The notes under the pieces are model-generated. The model had not been told where the DNA came from. It saw only the letters and a program-made list of their open reading frames with translations, and searched no databases. 64,000 nt of DNA, taken from assembly GCA_000165345.1 (NCBI GenBank), contig CM000435.1:384001-448000 (forward strand), in the 5' to 3' direction. The stretch's first letter is position 1. Each line of letters begins with the position of its first letter. This document shows, one piece after another, positions 1-9,421 of the stretch. The translations under genes were made by a program, and so were the position numbers.

Positions 1-2374
1 ATTTCTTTTTTATTAATTTGGTATTTTTTTTGTTTGGATTATTTTGAAATAAACTGCTACTTGACTTGGCTGCATTCAGTATAACATTGGATTTATTTTC
101 TGCTACAAAGTCTCTGGTTGCAGCTCTGGAATGATGGTTGCCTTGAAACTTTGTTCTTCCTCTAGATCCCTCCTCAATGTTTGGGCTCAATCTTTCTGAG
201 CTTGAGTTTGGCTTTAATCCAACTTTTGATAATGGAGATTTGCTGGTAATTGAGTTATTGCTATTAATACTGCTAAAGCTTCCAATACTTGAAGACAAGT
301 TTTTATCTCTGTAATATTTATCCTGTAGTTCACACAAAGATGGTATTTCTTCAATACTTTTGGTATTTTTTTCACAATGGAAATTAGAAAGTTGATTTTC
401 TTGAACAGGGACAGAAATTGATCTCTTTGATTCAATTCTGCTTAATGGTTTGAATTTAAAAGATTCATTATATGATTGGACAATTTTTTGTATTGGGGGC
501 TTTCTAGTGACAAAATTAGTTTGTTCTTCTTCTTGGGAAAGCATTTCATCTCTCAAAAGTGGCAGATCAGTATTTGGTAATTTTCCAGAGTTATTTTTAT
601 TAAAAGTCACTTCATAGCTATCATGGTTATTTTGTTCAAATCTATGTTCATCTTCACTAAAAAATATACTGGCTTCGTTATCATTTTGGGATTTATGTTG
701 GTAATAAGTTGATTGAAAGTCTTTTTTTAGATTTTCAACTTGATTCAAATCTTCGTTCAGTTCATCTTGATCTTGTTTGATTTGTATCTTTTTATAAAGC
801 AGTTCCAGATTATCAAGTTTGTCTTGAAGGCCTTTAATGAGTACCCCTTCCATGGATGAAATCACATCTTCCTTTTCCTTCAAGCACTGGTCTAAGGCTA
901 AGTTTGTATTTGAAAGTTCCAAGCTAAGTCTAGAAAGAGCTTGAAAAAGTTGGGATTTTGGGTCCAGATCTTCCTTTTGGCTCTTTTGTTCATTTTTAAC
1001 TTTGGTTTCATCCTTATCTAAATAATCATTAGTATGGTCATATTCGCCTATATTTTCATCTTGAGCTCCACTTTTACTTTGATCTTGACTTTTACTTTTA
1101 TTCTGACCTTCAAGATGGATATGATTGGTTTCTTTATAATTATTATCAAAAACATGTTCAAACTTCTGATTTGAGTTTAATTCATGAGATACATTTTTAG
1201 GATTGGAACTTTTTGGAGATTTGGATATCTTGGCTTGGTCTATTGAAGATAATTTGTCTGTCAAATTACAAACAGTTTTAGACTTCAAATCTTTCGATAA
1301 AACTGCAGATTCTGCTTCTTTACCTGATCCATGAATGAGAAGATACATATTACGTGAATCATTTTTTGGACTTACATAGTTATTTTTCAAAGGAACTTTC
1401 TCACGCAGTTCGTTAATAAAAAGACTTTTTTGGATTATAACTTTATTTCTATCGTAGGGATTATTTGGTGATTCTTGAGATTTGCACAAACAAGGACTCA
1501 AAGTGAGATTTTTAAAGGTTTTTACAATTTCGCATTGGATAGATTCAATCTTGGAAGCGTGGTCAATCTCATCTTGTATCTTTTTGGAAATCATCTCAGA
1601 GTTTCTAAATTGGTCAAAATCACTATCTTTTGGAGAATCACTAACATCTTTCTCCTCACTACTATCATTAAATTGAGGAAATAAATCATGGTAATATTCT
1701 GGAAAATCTTCATTGGATCTAAATTTTTTATTATATTCATAATCACTTTTATTACCTTTTAAATTGGAACTTTTAAAATATTTTTTTCTTATGTTGGATT
1801 TAAGTTCTTTTCCATTATATTTGCTCCCAACAGAAACTCCCATTGGCCCAGAGTTTGGTGAAGAACATTTGTCTAGATCTTGAGATAAAAGTTTTTCAAT
1901 CTTTCCAATTTCTGGATTTTTTTCGACTGTAATGGTTTCATTACTATTTGCTTCAACATTATCATTATCATTCTTAATGGGCAATTCTGGAACCGTCTTC
2001 TTAACAAGTAATGCATCCTTTACATGACTGACGTTATATTTATGGCGCTCACTTGATAAAATTGAATTACTCTTGAGATCTCTTACCCGATTTTCCATAG
2101 AATTATTGGCTTTATTCTTATTCTTAATGATATCAGAAATACTGTTGGTTATACTTCTTGCCAAATCATCAGAAATGACTAATTGTTTCTGAGGTGCAAT
2201 TTGCAGGTTAGTGGGAGATTTTTCATTTGTGGTGTTTACCCAACGAACAACTTCGTCAGATTCCACTACATTTAATGATGTTGCTACTTCTTCATTTCCA
2301 AATTTTGCGTCATTCAAAGTCATATATAGTGGGATCTGCGATTTTGGTGCTCGAAGGATCACTTTAACCTTCAT
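1..2374 (-). CDS. Hypothetical K/S/N/E-rich, partly coiled-coil protein. The 5' end is complete with ATG at 2374. The 3' end is truncated by the window edge, giving at least 790 codons.
   Basis: I reverse-complemented this by hand and found the minus frame (+ strand triplets starting at positions congruent to 2 mod 3) free of tta/cta/tca from 2374 down to 1442. I checked it line by line. It is absent from the ORF track, presumably because no stop lies inside the window. An in-frame stop sits just upstream at 2390-2392. No recognisable catalytic motif. Confidence 0.55.
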   Translation of the reverse strand, partial: MKVKVILRAPKSQIPLYMTLNDAKFGNEEVATSLNVVESDEVVRWVNTTNEKSPTNLQIAPQKQLVISDDLARSITNSISDIIKNKNKANNSMENRVRDLKSNSILSSERHKYNVSHVKDALLVKKTVPELPIKNDNDNVEANSNETITVEKNPEIGKIEKLLSQDLDKCSSPNSGPMGVSVGSKYNGKELKSNIRKKYFKSSNLKGNKSDYEYNKKFRSNEDFPEYYHDLFPQFNDSSEEKDVSDSPKDSDFDQFRNSEMISKKIQDEIDHASKIESIQCEIVKTFKNLTLSPCLCKSQESPNNPYDRNKVIIQKSLFINELREKVPLKNNYVSPKNDSRNMYLLIHGSGKEAESAVLSKDLKSKTVCNLTDKLSSIDQAKISKSPKSSNPKNVSHELNSNQKFEHVFDNNYKETNHIHLEGQNKSKSQDQSKSGAQDENIGEYDHTNDYLDKDETKVKNEQKSQKEDLDPKSQLFQALSRLSLELSNTNLALDQCLKEKEDVISSMEGVLIKGLQDKLDNLELLYKKIQIKQDQDELNEDLNQVENLKKDFQSTYYQHKSQNDNEASIFFSEDEHRFEQNNHDSYEVTFNKNNSGKLPNTDLPLLRDEMLSQEEEQTNFVTRKPPIQKIVQSYNESFKFKPLSRIESKRSISVPVQENQLSNFHCEKNTKSIEEIPSLCELQDKYYRDKNLSSSIGSFSSINSNNSITSKSPLSKVGLKPNSSSERLSPNIEEGSRGRTKFQGNHHSRAATRDFVAENKSNVILNAAKSSSSLFQNNPNKKNTKLIKKK

Positions 2375-2624
2375 AATTCTTTTTTGTATTTATTCTTCCT
2401 CTTCTTTACCTTTCCTCCACCTTTTTTTTAAAATTCAACTGTTTCGTTGAAATTTGAAAAATTAATTAATTTTCAAGCATTGAAAATTTATTAATTTTTC
2501 TATTTAACTACTTCTTTCAATTTCAAAGAATTGTCTTTGAAAACTTTTGTGTGTTTTACATATCAATGTTTTTTTGTTATCTATTCACATTTTCCTACAT
2601 TATTCTAGTCAAGGCATACAATAC

Positions 2625-2647
2625 TTTTGGCGGGAATATTGGCGCCA
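2625..2647. promoter_or_regulatory. Tandem E2F-like sites TTTTGGCGGGAA and TTGGCGCCA, 255-275 bp upstream of the minus-strand gene that starts at 2374.
   Basis: ttttggcgggaatattggcgccatg. Confidence 0.45.
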
Positions 2648-2774
2648 TGATGCACACTAAATTAAAAGTAGGTAAGGTATTATTTAACAAGGAAATTTTT
2701 GACAAGAAGAGAATAGGAAGGTTTTGAGGTGAAGAAGAAAGAAATAATAATAGTGGAGAGGAGTAGATATTTAA

Positions 2775-4167
2775 TTATGGGTGGAGTAGATTAAATTGGT
2801 AAGAAATGATATAGTTTAGAGCAGTAATAAAAAGCTGCATGTATGTATGTATGCATGCATGCATGCAAATAATAGTATTGTTAAATTAGGAAAGGCTTTC
2901 TTTGATTTTTATTTTTTGAATTTTTCCTGTCATTAATAATTTTGGTACACTAATAAGTAATAGATATTGTAGGAAGGTAGCAAAAACATAAGTTAGGGTG
3001 AAATGAGGAGAAAAGAAAGGATTAGACTTACTTGTTGAAGTTTAGTTCTAACCTCAATATTTTGAGGTTCTATTGTTGCAGCTTTGTATAGGTCTATTCT
3101 GGCTTCATCCGGATCATCGAGTTTGAGATATGATGATGCTCTAAGATAGAGAGCTTTGACATTATTCTAAAAAAAGTTGAGTTTTATGAATTGTTAAGTA
3201 TATATTTGAGTAAGACTTACTTTGTCTAATTTCAGGGTTTCTGTACAGTATTTAAGAACGGATTTGTACTCTTGAAGTTTGATCATACAGCTAGATGAGT
3301 AATAAATAATTTAAGTAATATGAAAAAAAGGTTAACTTACTTAGAGATATTAAGGAGTACAGAAATTTTGATAGGTTTTGAGTCATTTTGTTGTTCAGAG
3401 GTCCATTCTTCAAAGTTATCGAGATATTGGATAGAGTTTTCATAGTGAATCTTTGCAGTTTGATAATCTCCAAGGTTGTAATAATGGTTTCCAAGATTCT
3501 TAGAATCCAGAGAGAGTTGCATTCTTTGTATTGGAGAAGTAAAGACTTTTTTTGTGCTTGTGACAATATCTGGAACCTGATCCTTTTTGGTTATAGAAAG
3601 GAGTTCGACTATGATCTGGATGATTTTAAAAGGTGAGTAGTAATTATAATAGATTATAGCAATAAGGTTATTGTGGAGGAAAAATTCACTCCAAAATCAT
3701 CTCTCAAAGTAACTTACTTGAAAATTCTTAAGACAACTTTCCTCATGTTTACTTGAATCTGAGCCAATTTCTGTGCTAAAAGATGATATCTCTGAAACAA
3801 AATTTGGATCTGAGTTTTCCAAGTTTGTAATACATATAGATTCTCCTACATTGATTCCACATATCTTCTGCTCAATCTGTGGGTCAACTACACCAGATCC
3901 AATTACAAAGCTATATTCAATCTCATTTCGAACTTAAGTAGGAAAAATGGTATTGAATACAAAATAACAAAATGAGATTAATTGTTTGGAAAAGAGAATG
4001 AGTAAAAATCTTTGTAATAAATATGAACCTCCAGAGCTTTTACATTTAAACTTACCATTTGGAATTTCGGAAATGAGTGGATGATCTTTCAGAATGGTCT
4101 TGTACTTAATATTTACCAAGTCCCCAGTCTCAGGCATCCCATTATTAGGATTCTGCTCTAAAGTCAT
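2775..4167 (-). CDS. FKBP-type immunophilin with a degenerate PPIase domain, three TPR motifs and a C-terminal hydrophobic tail anchor. The architecture is FKBP38/FKBP8-like. Six-exon model: 4167..4056, 3932..3718, 3615..~3341, 3290..3221, 3166..3032, 2834..2775.
   Basis: Exon 1 reads MTLEQNPNNGMPETGDLVNIKYKTILKDH, an FKBP GDxVxxxY-like motif. Exon 2 reads EYSFVIGSGVVDPQIEQKICGINVGES. Exons 3-5 hold TPR-like motifs: LGNHYYNLGDYQTAKIHYENSIQ, CMIKLQEYKSVLKYCTETLKLDKNNVKALYLRASSYLKLDDPDEARIDLYKAATIEPQN. Exon 6 encodes LFITALNYIISYQFNLLHP followed by a stop. Every intron begins GTAAGT and ends AG in phase. The model is hand-built and the exon ends may be off by 1-2 nt. Confidence 0.5.
2837..2868. 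repeat. Tetranucleotide microsatellite (ATGT)3(ATGC)4, which is an array of overlapping TGCATGCA motifs.
   Basis: The + strand reads gcatgtatgtatgtatgcatgcatgcatgcaaat. The repeat lies inside intron 5, at the acceptor, of the FKBP38-like gene. It is also about 470 bp upstream of the minus-strand gene that starts at 2374. Confidence 0.8.
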
Positions 4168-4335
4168 TTATCCCAAGAATCAAGTAAAATCAGTGTGTGT
4201 GCGTATATTTGTACCACTCTCCGCAATTTATCCTACTTCTACACTTCTAAACTAGTCTTTTCTGTATTTTTTTCCCCAGTTATTCTTCCCTTTATAAAAT
4301 TCTTTTACCGTTACTTTTTATTTGTTTTCACGCAT

Positions 4336-4363
4336 TGCCCGCCTGGTCAAATCTTTTGGCGGG
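4336..4363. promoter_or_regulatory. CCCGCC plus TTTTGGCGGG in the 279-bp bidirectional spacer between the FKBP38-like gene and NOB1.
   Basis: cattgcccgcctggtcaaatcttttggcgggttc. Confidence 0.45.
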
Positions 4364-4446
4364 TTCTTTGTGGAGGCAAATTATCAAAAAAAGACTAGAG
4401 GATCTTAGGAGCAAAGATAGAAGCGGAGAGAAGAGAATTTGAAGGA

Positions 4447-5661
4447 ATGGGTAGATATATAATATTGGATACAGGCGCTATATTGCGACTAGGGAAACAT
4501 GACTTTATGGACGATGTTTTGTTAACGGTACCTTCAGTAATTCGAGAGGTAAAGGATAAAAAGGCATTGGAGAAGATGTTTTACTTGCAAGATAGGATTC
4601 AGGTAATGGAGCCTTCAGAACAGGATTGCGGTTTTGTGAAGAAGTTTTCTAAAGAGACTGGCGATTTTGGGTTTCTTTCAGAGACAGACTTTCAAGTAAT
4701 TGCATTAACCTTGTCTTACCACAAGAAGTATGATGAAATTTCAAAGCTTAACAGTAAGCCTAGAGAGATTAGTCTTGTTACCAAGTCTGAAGAGGTGGGA
4801 AGTTGCGAGAAAGGGATGGATAAGGACTTACAGGAGGTAGAAATGGAGACTGGTGAGCAGAAAGAACAAAGCACAGAAGATGAGGATGACTGGGAGACTG
4901 CTAATGGACAAAGCAGCAGAAGAGAGGAAGTTCAGTCAGGGGAAGATGAGGAAGAGGAGGAGGAGTGTGAGGAAGAGGAGTGCGAGGAGGATGAGGATGT
5001 CTCCAAGGGACTGGAAGATGATGTGTTTTCTGGAGGATGGATTACCAAGGCAAATATTACAAGTGTTATGGGAGGTTTATCTTCTGGATCCCAGAGCCAC
5101 TTTGTGGTAGCATGTATGACCACTGACTATTCTATGCAGAATGTATTACTCCAGATGGGTTTGAATCTTGTAGAGATACATGGGTTATCGGTTAAAACTA
5201 TTAAGAGGTGGGGGCTTCTTTGCTGTGGATGTTATACTTATGAGAGAGATACAAGCCGAAAGTTTTGTGGAAAGTGCGGAAATGCTACTTTAGATAGAGT
5301 TCCAATTAAAGTTTCTTCTGATGGAACAATTGAATTAGACTGCTATAGAAAGAAAGTGAACCTAAGAGGAACTATTTACTCTATTCCTAAGCCAAGAAGA
5401 GGTGTTAGAAATCAAGAAATCATTTTGGCAGAGGATCAACTTATGATGGGAGGAAGACAAAGGTTACTAAATCATCAAAGAAAGAAATGGGAGAAGGCTT
5501 GCAAGGAAAGGGACCCTTTTTCTAATAGTGGAGCTGATCTTGAAAGCAGTTGGGGGAAGCAGTTTGGAAGTTTTAGGTACCCCGAAATAAAAATTGGAAT
5601 GGGAAGAGGAAACCCAAATTCTAATAGTTGGCAGAAGAAACGTAGTGGTAAGAAAAAATGA
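4447..5661 (+). CDS. NOB1: NOB1-like 20S pre-rRNA D-site endonuclease, with an N-terminal PIN domain and a C-terminal zinc ribbon.
   Basis: PIN-like N-terminus: MGRYIILDTGAILRLGKHDF...VIREVKD. NOB1 zinc ribbon: CCGCYTYERDTSRKFCGKCGNATLDRVPIK. The long acidic E/D insertion is typical of NOB1. Intronless ORF with ATG at 4447. Confidence 0.75.
   Translation: MGRYIILDTGAILRLGKHDFMDDVLLTVPSVIREVKDKKALEKMFYLQDRIQVMEPSEQDCGFVKKFSKETGDFGFLSETDFQVIALTLSYHKKYDEISKLNSKPREISLVTKSEEVGSCEKGMDKDLQEVEMETGEQKEQSTEDEDDWETANGQSSRREEVQSGEDEEEEEECEEEECEEDEDVSKGLEDDVFSGGWITKANITSVMGGLSSGSQSHFVVACMTTDYSMQNVLLQMGLNLVEIHGLSVKTIKRWGLLCCGCYTYERDTSRKFCGKCGNATLDRVPIKVSSDGTIELDCYRKKVNLRGTIYSIPKPRRGVRNQEIILAEDQLMMGGRQRLLNHQRKKWEKACKERDPFSNSGADLESSWGKQFGSFRYPEIKIGMGRGNPNSNSWQKKRSGKKK
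4941..4998 (+). repeat. Imperfect GAG/GAA trinucleotide tract encoding poly-Glu with interspersed Cys (EEEEEECEEEECEEDED), inside NOB1.
   Basis: ggaagatgaggaagaggaggaggagtgtgaggaagaggagtgcgaggaggatgaggatg. Confidence 0.7.
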
Positions 5662-6193
5662 AAATTTTTCATTTTTCTCAGACTCGACTCAATATATTAA
5701 TCATTATGTTTTCACTGCTATTACCAGAATCCAAGGCTTAAGATAACTAAGGTTGTTTCTCAATTTTGACTCGAATATTATCAGAGAGTTTAATAGGTAC
5801 GGATTTGGAATTAGACATTTAAGACACTGTTTTTTCCTAATTTTTATTAAAGAGAAGAGCTAGAACATAAATCAAATATGCTTATAATCATAATCAAACA
5901 AAAGCCAATCTAGAATAAATATTAGCATTTTTTTCAACCCAAACTTAATTACTCTAAACTTAATTTTCCTCGTTCTATATATGCATGCAAACATTAACCC
6001 GCCAAACCCCCAACCAAACTTTGACTTATAAATTCTTCAGATTTGCATGTAACCAGTTTTACCACGTGTACTAAAAACTTCTTTAAATCAACCCCTCACC
6101 CTATAATGGTCTACCGCCCATTATGTAATTAATTCATTTTTTTTACTTTTATTGCATTTTTAAATAAGTTGGAGGCATACAAATTAGAGCACT

Positions 6194-6204
6194 TTGGCGC
6201 CAAT
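6194..6204. promoter_or_regulatory. E2F-like palindrome TTTGGCGCCAA about 180 bp upstream of AspRS.
   Basis: agcactttggcgccaattac. Confidence 0.5.
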
Positions 6205-6383
6205 TACAAAAAGTAAATGTGATGTTAACAAATTAAAGATGGACGCGTCTAAGATAAAGACGAGAATAAATAAAGTTTGAAAAGGATTTCTATAAGAATA
6301 ATTTAGGATAAAGTTTTTGTGAGAATTGGATTCATAAGTATCAGTTTGGAGTTAAGATAGATAATTTACTGGAAAATAATTAA

Positions 6384-8595
6384 ATGACTACAGAACCAGA
6401 GGTAAAAGAACAAGTCCTTTCAAAAAAGGCATTGAAAAAGCAAGAAAAACAAGCACTTAAAGAAGCTAAAAAGGCAGAGGCAAAGAGCAATCAGCAGCAA
6501 CAACAGCAATCAGTTCATTGGAGTTCAGTTATTGTACATTCAACTGAGGCATCTCCATATGGAGTAATTCCTTTTAATTGCAAAATTGAGAACAGGACTT
6601 TTTCAAAGATTAAGGAATTGAATTCTAACCAGAAAGGTGAGAAAATCTGGTTAAGAGGTAGAATTACGGAGTCCAGATGTAAAGGATCTTTAGGATTTGT
6701 ACTGCTCAGACAAACTTTCTATAGACTACAATTAGTTGTTGATGCTAATAATGGTAGTTCTAAGGAAATGATTAAATGGCTTGGATGCCTTCCAATTGAG
6801 AGTATGATCGATGTATATGGCACTATAGTAGTTCCAGAAACTCCAGTGGTTTCATCAACACAAGATATAGAGGTTTTAGTTGAAAGAGTTTACTGTGTCT
6901 CATCGGCTTGCAGTGAATTACCTTTCCAATTAAAAGATGCTAATAGGGTTGAAACTGAGGATGAGGATTCCACAATTATTAAAGTTCTACAAGATGTCAG
7001 ACTGGACAACAGAGTATTGGACTTGAGAACTTATTTGAGTCAGGCAATATTCAGAATTCAATCGGAAGTATGCAGATTGCTTAGGGAATTCCTCATAGAA
7101 AGAGAATTCATTGAGATTCATACTCCCAAACTTTTACCAGGTGCTTCCGAAAGTGGTGCCACTGTATTCAAAGTAGACTACTTCTCAAATACAGCTTGCT
7201 TAGCACAGTCACCTCAACTCCATAAACAAATGTCAATTTGTGGAGATTTAGAAAGAGTCTTTGAAATTGGTCCTGTTTTCAGAGCAGAAAATTCAAATAC
7301 TCACAGACATTTATGTGAGTTTGTTGGAGTTGATATTGAAATGAACATTGAAAATACTTATCATGAGTTGGTTGACGTTTTCGACGCTATGTTTAGACAT
7401 ATATTCCAAGGAATCAATACTCATTGCAAGAATGAATTACTTATTGTCTCGGAATATAATCCATTTACTCCTTTCGTCATTTCAGAAAAGACTCCACGTC
7501 TTACTTTTGAAGAAGGATGTAATCTCCTTAAGGAGGCAGGCGCTGAAATTCCAGAAGATCTGTCTGATTTTGATATTTCCACAGAGCAGGAAAGATTACT
7601 TGGTAAGTTCCATACTAAGAATTTTCTAGTAAGATTGAAAAGGGCAGGATTTGAGAAGAGCGGACATAATTTTAAATGTTATTGGACTTGAATTTCAAAT
7701 CCGTAGTTCTTTCTCATTCCTTTTGCTTATTTCATCTTACTATGATATTATTATCTATCAATTGATAATATTATAAACCTTTTTGAATATATTTAATTAT
7801 AACTAACCTAAATCATTAATTTCCTATTTAGGTTCTATTGTCAAGGAAAAATACAACTCAGATTTCTATATGATGCTTAAATATCCACTCAAAGTGAGAC
7901 CTTTTTACACAATGCCTGACTTTGATGAACCAGAGGTAAGTTAATCTTTTATTTTGCCTCCCAAGAAATATAGAAAGCTTGAAAGTATAAAATAGAGAGA
8001 AGAAACAAGGGGATTTAGGGATTTTAAGGGAAAATTGAAGATTTGCTTTCTTATTGAGGGATGATGATTGTTCATTCACCCATAGCCTGTAAACTCAAAC
8101 GTGTATTTGCACATGCGTGTAGATACAGCTACGTTTGAACCCTTGATGACAACTTTTCATGCATCACCAACTGACCTCAATATAGCTCTTCCCCATTTTC
8201 CTATACTTCCTCTACCCGCTTTTCCTCCCTTTTACTTCTCTTAGGAGCAATATAGACAGCTTGGGAGGCGTTCCCGCTTTTACATGCAAATAATTACCGC
8301 CAATTTCCCCACATTTTAGAAATGGTCCAATTCTTTTGACTTCTTTATGAGAGGAGAAGAAATATTAAGTGGAGCACAGAGAGTACATGATTACGATTTA
8401 TTAGTAAAAAGGTGCCAAGAGTGCGGTGTTTCAGAACATTCACTTAGAGACTACTTGAACTCATTCAAGCTCGGCGCTCCTCCCCATGGTGGATGTGGAA
8501 TTGGGCTTGAAAGAGTCATTATGCTCTTTTTGAATCTTGGAAATATCAGGAAGTCTTCAATGTTTCCTCGTGATCCAAAGAGACTTAGTCCATAA
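6384..8595 (+). CDS. DARS: Cytoplasmic aspartyl-tRNA synthetase of class IIb. Three exons: 6384..7602, 7832..7935, 8320..8595.
   Basis: The N-terminal K-rich and poly-Q extension is followed by an anticodon-binding OB fold. Class II motifs are present: [15 protein letters not shown], then in exon 2 [14 protein letters not shown], then in exon 3 [22 protein letters not shown]...[15 protein letters not shown]. The introns begin GTAAGT and end TTTAG. Phases are consistent at 1/1 and 0/0. Confidence 0.85.
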
Positions 8596-8599
8596 AGTC

Positions 8600-9420
8600 T
8601 TATTTTATTTGACTCTAATTATGGTTATGCTGGACTGTACACCAATATTGCATACTCATTATTTAGTACATATACATTACTAGATTAAATATCTATTTAT
8701 GATTCTATATTAAAATATTAGTGAGCTTTATATAACACATCATTATCACTCTAAAAGTTTTCTCTAAACAAAGGCAAATTTTTTCTCTGGCATTTTCGTC
8801 GCCTTAATGTCTTTCTGTTATTTTATTACAAGATAAAAATATTTACCCGTAGCTCAAACTTTATTCTCTCTATTGTATGCAGAGACACAGACGTATGACC
8901 CCGCCTGGCACGAAGTTAATAGAAATGTAATAATATAAAAAAAGAGGTAAAAAGGGTACCCAGACATAATATATATTAAATAGGAGTAAAGTGAAATTAA
9001 ATAGTAAAGTTTAATGGCCAAATAAGAGGCAAAAAAAAGTTAAATTAAATATATAACAAAAGGGGGTAAAAAGAGGTAAAATAGAGAAAAAACGTTTGTA
9101 TAGACTGGACTATAATATGATCACAGGTACCTGCGGGGAATTAAAATAATTAAGTGACTAGAAAAGGTTTATGACTCTTATGTACAAGAAAGGAGAAAAA
9201 TTCGTTTTAAGAAATAAATTGTTAAGAGGAAGAGGAATTTGGTAGAGTTGAGTTTCCAAGTGATATTTAAACTTAATTGGGAGGCTGATTGGAATAGATA
9301 TTTAATAAATAAATAGAGAGAAATAGAGAAGAAAGGAGAGAGAAAGAAATAATAAATTAAGAAGTTTTGAATTCAAGGTGAAAGAAAGGTAAAAAACTTA
9401 ACGAGTTGAATAGTAAATAA
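8600..9420 (+). repeat. Strongly purine-rich (A/G), strand-asymmetric low-complexity 5' flank.
   Basis: aaagaggtaaaaagggtaccc...aaagggggtaaaaagaggtaaaatagagaaaaaa...agaagaaaggagagagaaagaaataat. Confidence 0.6.
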
Positions 9421-9421
9421 T

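Noticed and set aside
2837-2868. The (ATGT)n(ATGC)n array as a dedicated promoter cluster of TGCATGCA sites.
   Set aside because: It lies inside an intron, at the acceptor, of the FKBP38-like gene, and looks like a slipped-strand microsatellite. A regulatory role is possible but not supported by position alone.
4853-5123. Track ORFs 4853..5110 (+) and 4932..5123 (-) that overlap NOB1.
   Set aside because: They are alternative-frame and antisense readings of the GAG/GAA acidic repeat. They are low-complexity, K/R-rich or S-rich peptides with no independent support.
7348-7629. A 93-aa + strand ORF inside AspRS exon 1.
   Set aside because: It is an out-of-frame overlap with a well-supported conserved CDS.
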